This document shows, one piece after another, positions 44,401-58,570 of a stretch of DNA of 64,000 bases. Source of the stretch: Eledone cirrhosa (Eukaryota); contig OZ024759.1 of the NCBI GenBank assembly GCA_964016885.1, positions 2,232,001-2,296,000 on the forward strand, read 5' to 3'. The number at the start of each line of letters is the position of its first letter. Positions within the stretch are counted from its first letter, which is position 1. The translations under genes were made by a program, and so were the position numbers. The notes below the pieces were generated by a model. That model had not been told where the DNA came from and searched no databases. It saw only the letters and a list, made by a program, of their open reading frames with translations.

Positions 44401-47400
44401 AACATGACAAAGTCTATATTAGTAACATGACAAAGTCTATATTAGTAGCATGACAAAGTCTATATTAGTAACATGACAAAGTCTATATTAGTAACATGAC
44501 ACAGTCTATATTAGTAACATGACAAAGTCTATATTAGTAACATGACAAAGTCTATATTAGTAACATGACAAAGTCTATATTAGTAACATGACAAAGTCTA
44601 TATTAGTAGCATGACAAAGTCTATATTAGTAACATGACACAGTCTATATTAGTAACATGACAGTCTATATTAGTAACATGACAGTCTACATTAGTAACAT
44701 GACACAGTCTATATTAGTAACATGACAAAATCGATATTAGTAACATGACAATGTCTATATTAGTAACAAGACAAAGTCTATATTAGTAACATGACACAGT
44801 CTATATTAGTAACATGACAAAGTCTATATTAGTAACATGGCAAAGTCTATATTATAACATGACAAAGTCTATATTAGTAACATGACAAAGTCTATATTAG
44901 TAACATGACACAGTCTATATTAGTAACATGACAAAGTCTATATTAGTAACATGACAAAGTCTATATTAGTAACATGACAAAGTCTATATTAGTAACATGA
45001 CAAAGTCTATATTAGTAACATGACAAAATCTATATTAGTAGCATGACAAAGTCTATATTAGTAACATGACAAAGTCTATATTAGTAACATGACAAAGTCT
45101 ATATTAGTAACATGACACAGTCTATATTAGTAACATGACAAAGTCTATATTAGTAGCATGACAAAGTCTATATTAGTAACATGACAAAGTCTATATTAGT
45201 AACATGACAAAGTCTATATTAGTAACATGACAAAGTCTATATTAGTAACATGACAAAGTCTATATTAGTAACATGACACAGTCTATATTAGTAACATGAC
45301 AGTCTATATTAGTAACATGACAGTCTACATTAGTAACATGACACAGTCTATATTAGTAACATGACAAAGTCGATATTAGTAACATGACAATGTCTATATT
45401 AGTAACATGACAAAGTCTATATTAGTAACATGACAAAGTCTATATTAGTAACATGACAAAGTCTATATTAGTAACATGACACAGTCTATATTAGTAACAT
45501 GACAAAGTCTATATTAGTAGCATGACAAAGTCTATATTAGTAACATGACAAAGTCTATATTAGTAACATGACAAAGTCTATATTAGTAACATGACAAAGT
45601 CTATATTAGTAACATGACAAAGTCTATATTAGTAACATGACACAGTCTATATTAGTAACATGACAGTCTATATTAGTAACATGACAGTCTACATTAGTAA
45701 CATGACACAGTCTATATTAGTAACATGACAAAGTCGATATTAGTAACATGACAATGTCTATATTAGTAACATGACAAAGTCTATATTAGTAACATGACAA
45801 AGTCTATATTAGTAACATGACAAAGTCTATATTAGTAACATGACAAAGTCTATATTAGTAACATGACATAGTCTATATTAGTAACATGACACAGTCTATA
45901 TTAGTAACATGACAAAGTCTATATTAGTAGCATGACAAAGTCTGTATTAGTAACATGACAGTCTATATTAGTAACATGACAAAGTCTATATTAGTAACAT
46001 GACAAAGTCTATATTAGTAGCATGACAAAGTCTATATTAGTAATATGACAAAGTCTATATTAGTAACATGACAAAGTCTATATTAGTAACATGACACAGT
46101 CTATATTAGTAACATGACAAAGTCTATATTAGTAGCATGACAAGGTCTATATTAGTAACATGACAAAGTCTATATTAGTAACATGACAAAGTCTATATTA
46201 GTAACATGACAAAGTCTATATTAGTAACATGACAAAGTCTATATTAGTAACATGACAAAGTCTATATTAGTAACATGACACAGTCTATATTAGTAACATG
46301 ACAGTCTATATTAGTAACATGACAGTCTACATTAGTAACATGACACAGTCTATATCAGTAACATGACAAAGTCGATATTAGTAACATGACAATGTCTATA
46401 TTAGTAACATGACAAAGTCTATATTAGTAACATGACAAAGTCTATATTAGTAGCATGACAAAGTCTATATTAGTAACATGACAAAGTCTATATTAGTAAC
46501 ATGACAAAGTCTATATTAGTAACATGACACAGTCTATATTAGTAACATGACAAAGTCTATATTAGTAGCATGACAAAGTCTATATTAGTAACATGACAAA
46601 GTCTATATTAGTAACATGACAAAGTCTATATTAGTAATATGACAAAGTCTATATTAGTAACATGACAAAGTCTATATTAGTAACATGACACAGTCTATAT
46701 TAGTAACATGACAGTCTATATTAGTAACATGACAGTCTACATTAGTAACATGACACAGTCTATATTAGTAACATGACACAGTCTATATTAGTAGCATGAC
46801 AAAGTCTATATTAGTAACATGACACAGTCTATATTAGTAGCATGACACAGTCTATATTAGTAACATGACAAAGTCTATATTAGTAACATGACAAAGTCTA
46901 TATTAGTAACATGACAAAGTCTATATTAGTAACATGACAAAGTCTATATTAGTAGCATGACAAAGTCTATATTAGTAACATGACAAAGTCTATATTAGTA
47001 ACATGGCAAAGTCTATATTAGTAACATGACAAAGTCTATATTAGTAACATGACACAGTCTATATTAGTAGCATGACAAAGTCTATATTAGTAACATGACA
47101 AAGTCTATATTAGTAGCATGACACAGTCTATATTAGTAACATGACAAAGTCTATATTAGTAACATGGCAAAGTCTATATTAGTAACATGACAAAGTCTAT
47201 ATTAGTAACATGACACAGTCTATATTAGTAGCATGACAAAGTCTATATTAGTAACATGACAAAGTCTATATTAGTAGCATGACACAGTCTATATTAGTAA
47301 CATGACAAAGTCTATATTAGTAACATGACAGTCTATATTAGTAACATGACACAGTCTATATTAGTAACATGACACAGTCTATATTAGTAACATGAGACAG

Positions 47401-47889
47401 TCTATATTAGTAACATGACAAAGTCTATATTAGTAACATGACACAGTCTATATTAGTAACATGACACAGTCTATATTAGTAACATGACAAAGTCTATATT
47501 AGTAACATGACACAGTCTATATTAGTAACATTACACAGTCTATATTAGTAGCATGACAAAGTCTATGTTAGTAACATGACAGAGTCTATATTAGTAGCAT
47601 CACACAGTCTATATTAGTAACATGACAAAGTCTATATTAGTAACATGACAAAGTTTATATTAGTAACATGACAAAGTCTATATTAGTAACATGACAAAGT
47701 CTATATTAGTAACATGACAGTCTATATTAGTAACATGACACAGTCTATATTAGTAACATGACAAAGTCTGTATTAGTAACATGACAATGTCTATATTAGT
47801 AACATGACACAGTCTATATTAGTAGCATGACAAAGTCTATATTAGTAACATGACACAGTATATATTAGTAGCATGACACAGTCTATATT

Positions 47890-48630
47890 AGTAACATGAC
47901 AAAGTCTATATTAGTAACATGACAAAGTCTATATTAGTAGCATGACAGAGAATATATTAGTAACATGACAAAGTCTATATTAGTAGCATGACAAAGTCTA
48001 TATTAGTAACATGACAAAGTCTATATTAGTAACATGACAAAGTCTATGTTAGTAACATGACAAAGTCTATATTAGTAACATGACACAGTCTATATTAGTA
48101 ACATGACAAAGTCTATATTAGTAACATGACACAGTCTATATTAGTAACATGACAAAGTCTATATTAGTAACATGGCAAAGTCTATATTATAACATGACAA
48201 AGTCTATATTAGTAACATGACAAAGTCTATATTAGTAACATGACACAGTCTATATTAGTAACATGACGAAGTCTTTATTAGTAACATGACAAAGTCTATA
48301 TTAGTAGCATGACAAAGAATATATTAGTAACATGACAAAGTCTATATTAGTAGCATGACAAAGTCTATATTAGTAACATGACAAAATCTATATTAGTAAC
48401 ATGACAAAGTCTATGTTAGTAACATGACAAAGTCTATATTAGTAACATGACACAGTCTATATTAGTAACATGACAAAGTCTATATTAGTAACATGACACA
48501 GTCTATATTAGTAACATGACAAAGTCTATATTAGTAACATGGCAAAGTCTATATTATAACATGACAAAGTCTATATTAGTAACATGACAAAGTCTATATT
48601 AGTAACATGACACAGTCTATATTAGTAACA
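47890..48630. repeat. 367-bp (16-monomer) local tandem duplication
   Basis: The GAATA unit occurs at 47950/48317 and the GGC+TATTATAAC unit at 48175/48542, both offset 367 = 16x23 - 1. Confidence 0.85.
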
Positions 48631-48689
48631 TGACACAGTCTATATTAGTAACATGACACAGTCTATATTAGTAACATGACAAAGTCTAT

Positions 48690-51600
48690 ATTAGTAGCAT
48701 GACACAGTCTATATTAGTAACATGACAAAGTCTATATTAGTAACATGACAGTCTATATTAGTAACATGACACAGTCTATATTAGTAACATGACACAGTCT
48801 ATATTAGTAACATGAGACAGTCTATATTAGTAACATGACAAAGTCTATATTAGTAACATGACACAGTCTATATTAGTAACATGACACAGTCTATATTAGT
48901 AACATGACAAAGTCTATATTAGTAACATGACACAGTCTATATTAGTAACATGACACAGTCTATATTAGTAGCATGACAAAGTCTATGTTAGTAACATGAC
49001 ACAGTCTATATTAGTAGCATCACACAGTCTATATTAGTAACATGACAAAGTCTATATTAGTAACATGACAAAGTTTATATTAGTAACATGACAAAGTCTA
49101 TATTAGTAACATGACAAAGTCTATATTAGTAACATGACAGTCTATATTAGTAACATGACACAGTCTATATTAGTAACATGACAAAGTCTGTATTAGTAAC
49201 ATGACAATGTCTATATTAGTAACATGACACAGTCTATATTAGTAGCATGACAAAGTCTATATTAGTAACATGACACAGTCTATATTAGTAGCATGACACA
49301 GTCTATATTAGTAACATGACAAAGTCTATATTAGTAACATGACAAAGTCTATATTAGTAACATGACAAAGAATATATTAGTAACATGACAAAGTCTATAT
49401 TAGTAGCATGACAAAGTCTATATTAGTAACATGACAAAGTCTATATTAGTAACATGACAAAGTCTATGTTAGTAACATGACAAAGTCTATATTAGTAACA
49501 TGACACAGTCTATATTAGTAACATGACAAAGTCTATATTAGTAACATGGCAAAGTCTATATTAGTAACATGACAAAGTCTATATTAGTAACATGACACAG
49601 TCTATATTAGTAGCATGACAAAGTCTATATTAGTAACATGACAAAGTCTATATTAGTAGCATGACACAGTCTATATTAGTAACATGACAAAGTCTATATT
49701 AGTAACATGGCAAAGTCTATATTAGTAACATGACAAAGTCTATATTAGTAACATGACACAGTCTATATTAGTAGCATGACAAAGTCTATATTAGTAGCAT
49801 GACACAGTCTATATTAGTAACATGACAAAGTCTATATTAGTAACATGACAAAGTCTATATTAGTAACATGACAAAGTCTATATTAGTAGCATGACACAGT
49901 CTATATTAGTAACATGACAAAGTCTATATTAGTAACATGACAGTCTATATTAGTAACATGACACAGTCTATATTAGTAACATGACACAGTCTATATTAGT
50001 AACATGAGACAGTCTATATTAGTAACATGACAAAGTCTATATTAGTAACATGACACAGTCTATATTAGTAACATGACACAGTCTATATTAGTAACATGAC
50101 AAAGTCTATATTAGTAACATGACACAGTCTATATTAGTAACATGACACAGTCTATATTAGTAGCATGACAAAGTCTATGTTAGTAACATGACACAGTCTA
50201 TATTAGTAGCATCACACAGTCTATATTAGTAACATGACAAAGTCTATATTAGTAACATGACAAAGTCTATATTAGTAGCATGACACAGTCTATATTAGTA
50301 ACATGACAAAGTCTATATTAGTAACATGGCAAAGTCTATATTAGTAACATGACAAAGTCTATATTAGTAACATGACACAGTCTATATTAGTAGCATGACA
50401 AAGTCTATATTAGTAACATGACAAAGTCTATATTAGTAGCATGACACAGTCTATATTAGTAACATGACAAAGTCTATATTAGTAACATGACAGTCTATAT
50501 TAGTAACATGACACAGTCTATATTAGTAACATGACACAGTCTATATTAGTAACATGAGACAGTCTATATTAGTAACATGACAAAGTCTATATTAGTAACA
50601 TGACACAGTCTATATTAGTAACATGACACAGTCTATATTAGTAACATGACAAAGTCTATATTAGTAACATGACACAGTCTATATTAGTAACATGACACAG
50701 TCTATATTAGTAGCATGACAAAGTCTATGTTAGTAACATGACACAGTCTATATTAGTAGCATCACACAGTCTATATTAGTAACATGACAAAGTCTATATT
50801 AGTAACATGACAAAGTTTATATTAGTAACATGACAAAGTCTATATTAGTAACATGACAAAGTCTATATTAGTAACATGACAGTCTATATTAGTAACATGA
50901 CACAGTCTATATTAGTAACATGACAAAGTCTGTATTAGTAACATGACAATGTCTATATTAGTAACATGACACAGTCTATATTAGTAGCATGACAAAGTCT
51001 ATATTAGTAACATGACACAGTCTATATTAGTAGCATGACACAGTCTATATTAGTAACATGACAAAGTCTATATTAGTAACATGACAAAGTCTATATTAGT
51101 AACATGACAAAGAATATATTAGTAACATGACAAAGTCTATATTAGTAGCATGACAAAGTCTATATTAGTAACATGACAAAGTCTATATTAGTAACATGAC
51201 AAAGTCTATGTTAGTAACATGACAAAGTCTATATTAGTAACATGACACAGTCTATATTAGTAACATGACAAAGTCTATATTAGTAACATGGCAAAGTCTA
51301 TATTAGTAACATGACAAAGTCTATATTAGTAACATGACACAGTCTATATTAGTAGCATGACAAAGTCTATATTAGTAACATGACAAAGTCTATATTAGTA
51401 GCATGACACAGTCTATATTAGTAACATGACAAAGTCTATATTAGTAACATGGCAAAGTCTATATTAGTAACATGACAAAGTCTATATTAGTAACATGACA
51501 CAGTCTATATTAGTAGCATGACAAAGTCTATATTAGTAACATGACAAAGTCTATATTAGTAGCATGACACAGTCTATATTAGTAACATGACAAAGTCTAT

Positions 51601-52630
51601 ATTAGTAACATGACAGTCTATATTAGTAACATGACACAGTCTATATTAGTAACATGACACAGTCTATATTAGTAACATGAGACAGTCTATATTAGTAACA
51701 TGACAAAGTCTATATTAGTAACATGACACAGTCTATATTAGTAACATGACACAGTCTATATTAGTAACATGACAAAGTCTATATTAGTAACATGACACAG
51801 TCTATATTAGTAACATGACACAGTCTATATTAGTAGCATGACAAAGTCTATGTTAGTAACATGACACAGTCTAAATTAGTAGCATCACACAGTCTATATT
51901 AGTAACATGACAAAGTCTATATTAGTAACATGACAAAGTCTATATTAGTAGCATGACACAGTCTATATTAGTAACATGACAAAGTCTATATTAGTAACAT
52001 GGCAAAGTCTATATTAGTAACATGACAAAGTCTATATTAGTAACATGACACAGTCTATATTAGTAGCATGACAAAGTCTATATTAGTAACATGACAAAGT
52101 CTATATTAGTAGCATGACACAGTCTATATTAGTAACATGACAAAGTCTATATTAGTAACATGACAGTCTATATTAGTAACATGACACAGTCTATATTAGT
52201 AACATGACACAGTCTATATTAGTAACATGAGACAGTCTATATTAGTAACATGACAAAGTCTATATTAGTAACATGACACAGTCTATATTAGTAACATGAC
52301 ACAGTCTATATTAGTAACATGACAAAGTCTATATTAGTAACATGACACAGTCTATATTAGTAACATGACACAGTCTATATTAGTAGCATGACAAAGTCTA
52401 TGTTAGTAACATGACACAGTCTATATTAGTAGCATCACACAGTCTATATTAGTAACATGACAAAGTCTATATTAGTAACATGACAAAGTTTATATTAGTA
52501 ACATGACAAAGTCTATATTAGTAACATGACAAAGTCTATATTAGTAACATGACAGTCTATATTAGTAACATGACACAGTCTATATTAGTAACATGACAAA
52601 GTCTGTATTAGTAACATGACAATGTCTATA
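48690..52630. repeat. About 1.7-kb tandem higher-order repeat in the ACA-rich domain
   Basis: AAGAATA at 49370/51112 is offset by 1742. The order GAG, TATGTT, CATCAC, TTT, CTGTAT, AAT repeats at about 48.8, 50.5 and 52.2 kb. Confidence 0.8.
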
Positions 52631-55299
52631 TTAGTAACATGACAAAGAATATATTAGTAACATGACAAAGTCTATATTAGTAGCATGACAAAGTCTATAT
52701 TAGTAACATGACAAAGTCTATATTAGTAACATGTCAAAGTCTATGTTAGTAACATGACAAAGTCTATATTAGTAACATGACACAGTCTATATTAGTAACA
52801 TGACAAAGTCTATATTAGTAACATGACACAGTCTATATTAGTAACATGACAAAGTCTATATTAGTAACATGGCAAAGTCTATATTATAACATGACAAAGT
52901 CTATATTAGTAACATGACAAAGTCTATATTAGTAACATGACACAGTCTATATTAGTAACATGACAAAGTCTATATTAGTAACATGACAAAGTCTATATTA
53001 GTAACATGACAAAGTCTATATTAGTAACATGACAAAGTCTATATTAGTAACATGACAAAATCTATATTAGTAGCATGACAAAGTCTATATTAGTAACATG
53101 ACAAAGTCTATATTAGTAACATGACAAAGTCTATATTAGTAACATGACACAGTCTATATTAGTAACATGACAAAGTCTATATTAGTAGCATGACAAAGTC
53201 TATATTAGTAACATGACAAAGTCTATATTAGTAACATGACAAAGTCTATATTAGTAACATGACAAAGTCTATATTAGTAACATGACAAAGTCTATATTAG
53301 TAACATGACACAGTCTATATTAGTAACATGACAGTCTATATTAGTAACATGACAGTCTACATTAGTAACATGACACAGTCTATATTAGTAACATGACAAA
53401 GTCGATATTAGTAACATGACAATGTCTATATTAGTAACATGACAAAGTCTATATTAGTAACATGACAAAGTCTATATTAGTAACATGACAAAGTCTATAT
53501 TAGTAACATGACACAGTCTATATTAGTAACATGACAAGGTCTATATTAGTAGCATGACAAAGTCTATATTAGTAACATGACAAAGTCTATATTGGTAACA
53601 TGACAAAGTCTATATTAGTAACATGACAAAGTCTATATTAGTAACATGACAAAGTCTATATTAGTAACATGACACAGTCTATATTAGTAACATGACAGTC
53701 TATATTAGTAACATGACAGTCTACATTAGTAACATGACACAGTCTATATTAGTAACATGACAAAGTCGATATTAGTAACATGACAATGTCTATATTAGTA
53801 ACATGACAAAGTCTATATTAGTAACATGACAAAGTCTATATTAGTAACATGACAAAGTCTAAATTAGTAACATGACAAAGTCTATATTAGTAACATGACA
53901 AAGTCTATATTAGTAACATGACACAGTCTATATTAGTAACATGACAAAGTCTATATTAGTAGCATGACAAAGTCTGTATTAGTAACATGACAGTCTATAT
54001 TAGTAACATGACAAAGTCTATATTAGTAACATGACAAAGTCTATATTAGTAGCATGACAAAGTCTATATTAGTAATATGACAAAGTCTATATTAGTAACA
54101 TGACAAAGTCTATATTAGTAACATGACACAGTCTATATTAGTAACATGACAAAGTCTATATTAGTAGCATGACAAAGTCTATATTAGTAACATGACAAAG
54201 TCTATATTAGTAACATGACAAAGTCTATATTAGTAACATGACAAAGTCTATATTAGTAACATGACAAAGTCTATATTAGTAACATGACAAAGTCTATATT
54301 AGTAACATGACACAGTCTATATTAGTAACATGACAGTCTATATTAGTAACATGACAGTCTACATTAGTAACATGACACAGTCTATATCAGTAACATGACA
54401 AAGTCGATATTAGTAACATGACAATGTCTATATTAGTAACATGACAAAGTCTATATTAGTAACATGACAAAGTCTATATTAGTAGCATGACAAAGTCTAT
54501 ATTAGTAACATGACAAAGTCTATATTAGTAACATGACAAAGTCTATATTAGTAACATGACACAGTCTATATTAGTAACATGACAAAGTCTATATTAGTAG
54601 CATGACAAAGTCTATATTAGTAACATGACAAAGTCTATATTAGTAACATGACAAAGTCTATATTAGTAACATGACAAAGTCTATATTAGTAACATGACAA
54701 AGTCTATATTAGTAACATGACACAGTCTATATTAGTAACATGACAGTCTATATTAGTAACATGACAGTCTACATTAGTAACATGACACAGTCTGTATTAG
54801 TAACATGACACAGTCTATATTAGTAGCATGACAAAGTCTATATTAGTAACATGACACAGTCTATATTAGTAGCATGACACAGTCTATATTAGTAACATGA
54901 CAAAGTCTATATTAGTAACATGACAAAGTCTATATTAGTAACATGACAAAGTCTATATTAGTAACATGACAAAGTCTATATTAGTAGCATGACAAAGTCT
55001 ATATTAGTAACATGACAAAGTCTATATTAGTAACATGGCAAAGTCTATATTAGTAACATGACAAAGTCTATATTAGTAACATGACACAGTCTATATTAGT
55101 AGCATGACAAAGTCTATATTAGTAACATGACAAAGTCTATATTAGTAGCATGACACAGTCTATATTAGTAACATGACAAAGTCTATATTAGTAACATGGC
55201 AAAGTCTATATTAGTAACATGACAAAGTCTATATTAGTAACATGACACAGTCTATATTAGTAGCATGACAAAGTCTATATTAGTAACATGACAAAGTCT

Positions 55300-58200
55300 A
55301 TATTAGTAGCATGACACAGTCTATATTAGTAACATGACAAAGTCTATATTAGTAACATGACAGTCTATATTAGTAACATGACACAGTCTATATTAGTAAC
55401 ATGACACAGTCTATATTAGTAACATGACACAGTCTATATTAGTAACATGAGACAGTCTATATTAGTAACATGACAAAGTCTATATTAGTAACATGACACA
55501 GTCTATATTAGTAACATGACACAGTCTATATTAGTAACATGACAAAGTCTATATTAGTAACATGACACAGTCTATATTAGTAACATGACACAGTCTATAT
55601 TAGTAGCATGACAAAGTCTATGTTAGTAACATGACACAGTCTATATTAGTAGCATCACACAGTCTATATTAGTAACATGACAAAGTCTATATTAGTAACA
55701 TGACAAAGTTTATATTAGTAACATGACAAAGTCTATATTAGTAACATGACAAAGTCTATATTAGTAACATGACAGTCTATATTAGTAACATGACACAGTC
55801 TATATTAGTAACATGACAAAGTATGTATTAGTAACATGACAATGTCTATATTAGTAACATGACACAGTCTATATTAGTAGCATGACAAAGTCTATATTAG
55901 TAACATGACACAGTCTATATTAGTAGCATGACACAGTCTATATTAGTAACATGACAAAGTCTATATTAGTAACATGACAAAGTCTATATTAGTAACATGA
56001 CAAAGTCTATATTAGTAACATGACAAAGTCTATATTAGTAGCATGACAAAGTCTATATTAGTAACATGACAAAGTCTATATTAGTAACATGACAAAGTCT
56101 ATATTAGTAACATGACAAAGTCTATATTAGTAACATGACACAGTCTATATTAGTAACATGACAGTCTATATTAGTAACATGACAGTCTACATTAGTAACA
56201 TGACACAGTCTATATTAGTAACATGACAAAGTCGATATTAGTAACATGACAATGTCTATATTAGTAACATGACAAAGTCTATATTAGTAACATGACAAAG
56301 TCTATATTAGTAACATGACACAGTCTATATTAGTAGCATGACAAAGTCTATATTAGTAACATGACAAGGTCTATATTAGTAGCATGACACAGTCTATATT
56401 AGTAACATGACAAAGTCTATATTAGTAACATGACAGTCTATATTAGTAACATGACACAGTCTATATTAGTAACATGACACAGTCTATATTAGTAACATGA
56501 GACAGTCTATATTAGTAACATGACAAAGTCTATATTAGTAACATGACACAGTCTATATTAGTAACATGACACAGTCTATATTAGTAACATGACAAAGTCT
56601 ATATTAGTAACATGACACAGTCTATATTAGTAACATGACACAGTCTATATTAGTAGCATGACAAAGTCTATGTTAGTAACATGACACAGTCTATATTAGT
56701 AGCATCACACAGTCTATATTAGTAACATGACAAAGTCTATATTAGTAACATGACAAAGTCTATATTAGTAGCATGACAAAGTCTATATTAGTAACATGAC
56801 ACAGTCTATATTAGTAGCATGACACAGTCTATATTAGTAACATGACAAAGTCTATATTAGTAACATGACAAAGTCTATATTAGTAACATGACAAAGAATA
56901 TATTAGTAACATGACAAAGTCTATATTAGTAGCATGACAAAGTCTATATTAGTAACATGACAAAGTCTATATTAGTAACATGGCAAAGTCTATATTAGTA
57001 ACATGACAAAGTCTATATTAGTAACATGACACAGTCTATATTAGTAGCATGACAAAGTCTATATTAGTAACATGACAAAGTCTATATTAGTAGCATGACA
57101 AAGTCTATATTAGTAACATGACAAAGTCTATATTAGTAGCATGACACAGTCTATATTAGTAACATGACAAAGTCTATATTAGTAACATGACAGTCTATAT
57201 TAGTAACATGACACAGTCTATATTAGTAACATGACACAGTCTATATTAGTAACATGAGACAGTCTATATTAGTAACATGACAAAGTCTATATTAGTAACA
57301 TGACACAGTCTATATTAGTAACATGACACAGTCTATATTAGTAACATGACAAAGTCTATATTAGTAACATGACACAGTCTATATTAGTAACATGACACAG
57401 TCTATATTAGTAGCATGACAAAGTCTATGTTAGTAACATGACACAGTCTATATTAGTAGCATCACACAGTCTATATTAGTAACATGACAAAGTCTATATT
57501 AGTAACATGACAAAGTTTATATTAGTAACATGACAAAGTCTATATTAGTAACATGACAAAGTCTATATTAGTAACATGACAGTCTATATTAGTAACATGA
57601 CACAGTCTATATTAGTAACATGACAAAGTCTGTATTAGTAACATGACAATGTCTATATTAGTAACATGACACAGTCTATATTAGTAGCATGACAAAGTCT
57701 ATATTAGTAACATGACACAGTCTATATTAGTAGCATGACACAGTCTATATTAGTAACATGACAAAGTCTATATTAGTAACATGACAAAGTCTATATTAGT
57801 AACATGACAAAGTCTATATTAGTAACATGACAAAGTCTATATTAGTAGCATGACAAAGTCTATATTAGTAACATGACAAAGTCTATATTAGTAACATGAC
57901 AAAGTCTATATTAGTAACATGACAAAGTCTATATTAGTAACATGACACAGTCTATATTAGTAACATGACAGTCTATATTAGTAACATGACAGTCTACATT
58001 AGTAACATGACACAGTCTATATTAGTAACATGACAAAGTCGATATTAGTAACATGACAATGTCTATATTAGTAACATGACAAAGTCTATATTAGTAACAT
58101 GACAAAGTCTATATTAGTAACATGACACAGTCTATATTAGTAGCATGACAAAGTCTATATTAGTAACATGACAAGGTCTATATTAGTAGCATGACACAGT

Positions 58201-58570
58201 CTATATTAGTAACATGACAAAGTCTATATTAGTAACATGACAGTCTATATTAGTAACATGACACAGTCTATATTAGTAACATGACACAGTCTATATTAGT
58301 AACATGAGACAGTCTATATTAGTAACATGACAAAGTCTATATTAGTAACATGACACAGTCTATATTAGTAACATGACACAGTCTATATTAGTAACATGAC
58401 AAAGTCTATATTAGTAACATGACACAGTCTATATTAGTAACATGACACAGTCTATATTAGTAGCATGACAAAGTCTATGTTAGTAACATGACACAGTCTA
58501 TATTAGTAGCATCACACAGTCTATATTAGTAACATGACAAAGTCTATATTAGTAACATGACAAAGTCTAT
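55300..58570. repeat. 1,807-bp offset duplication
   Basis: GACAAGGTC at 56368/58175 and GTCGAT at 56234/58041 are both offset by 1807. Boundaries are approximate. Confidence 0.82.
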
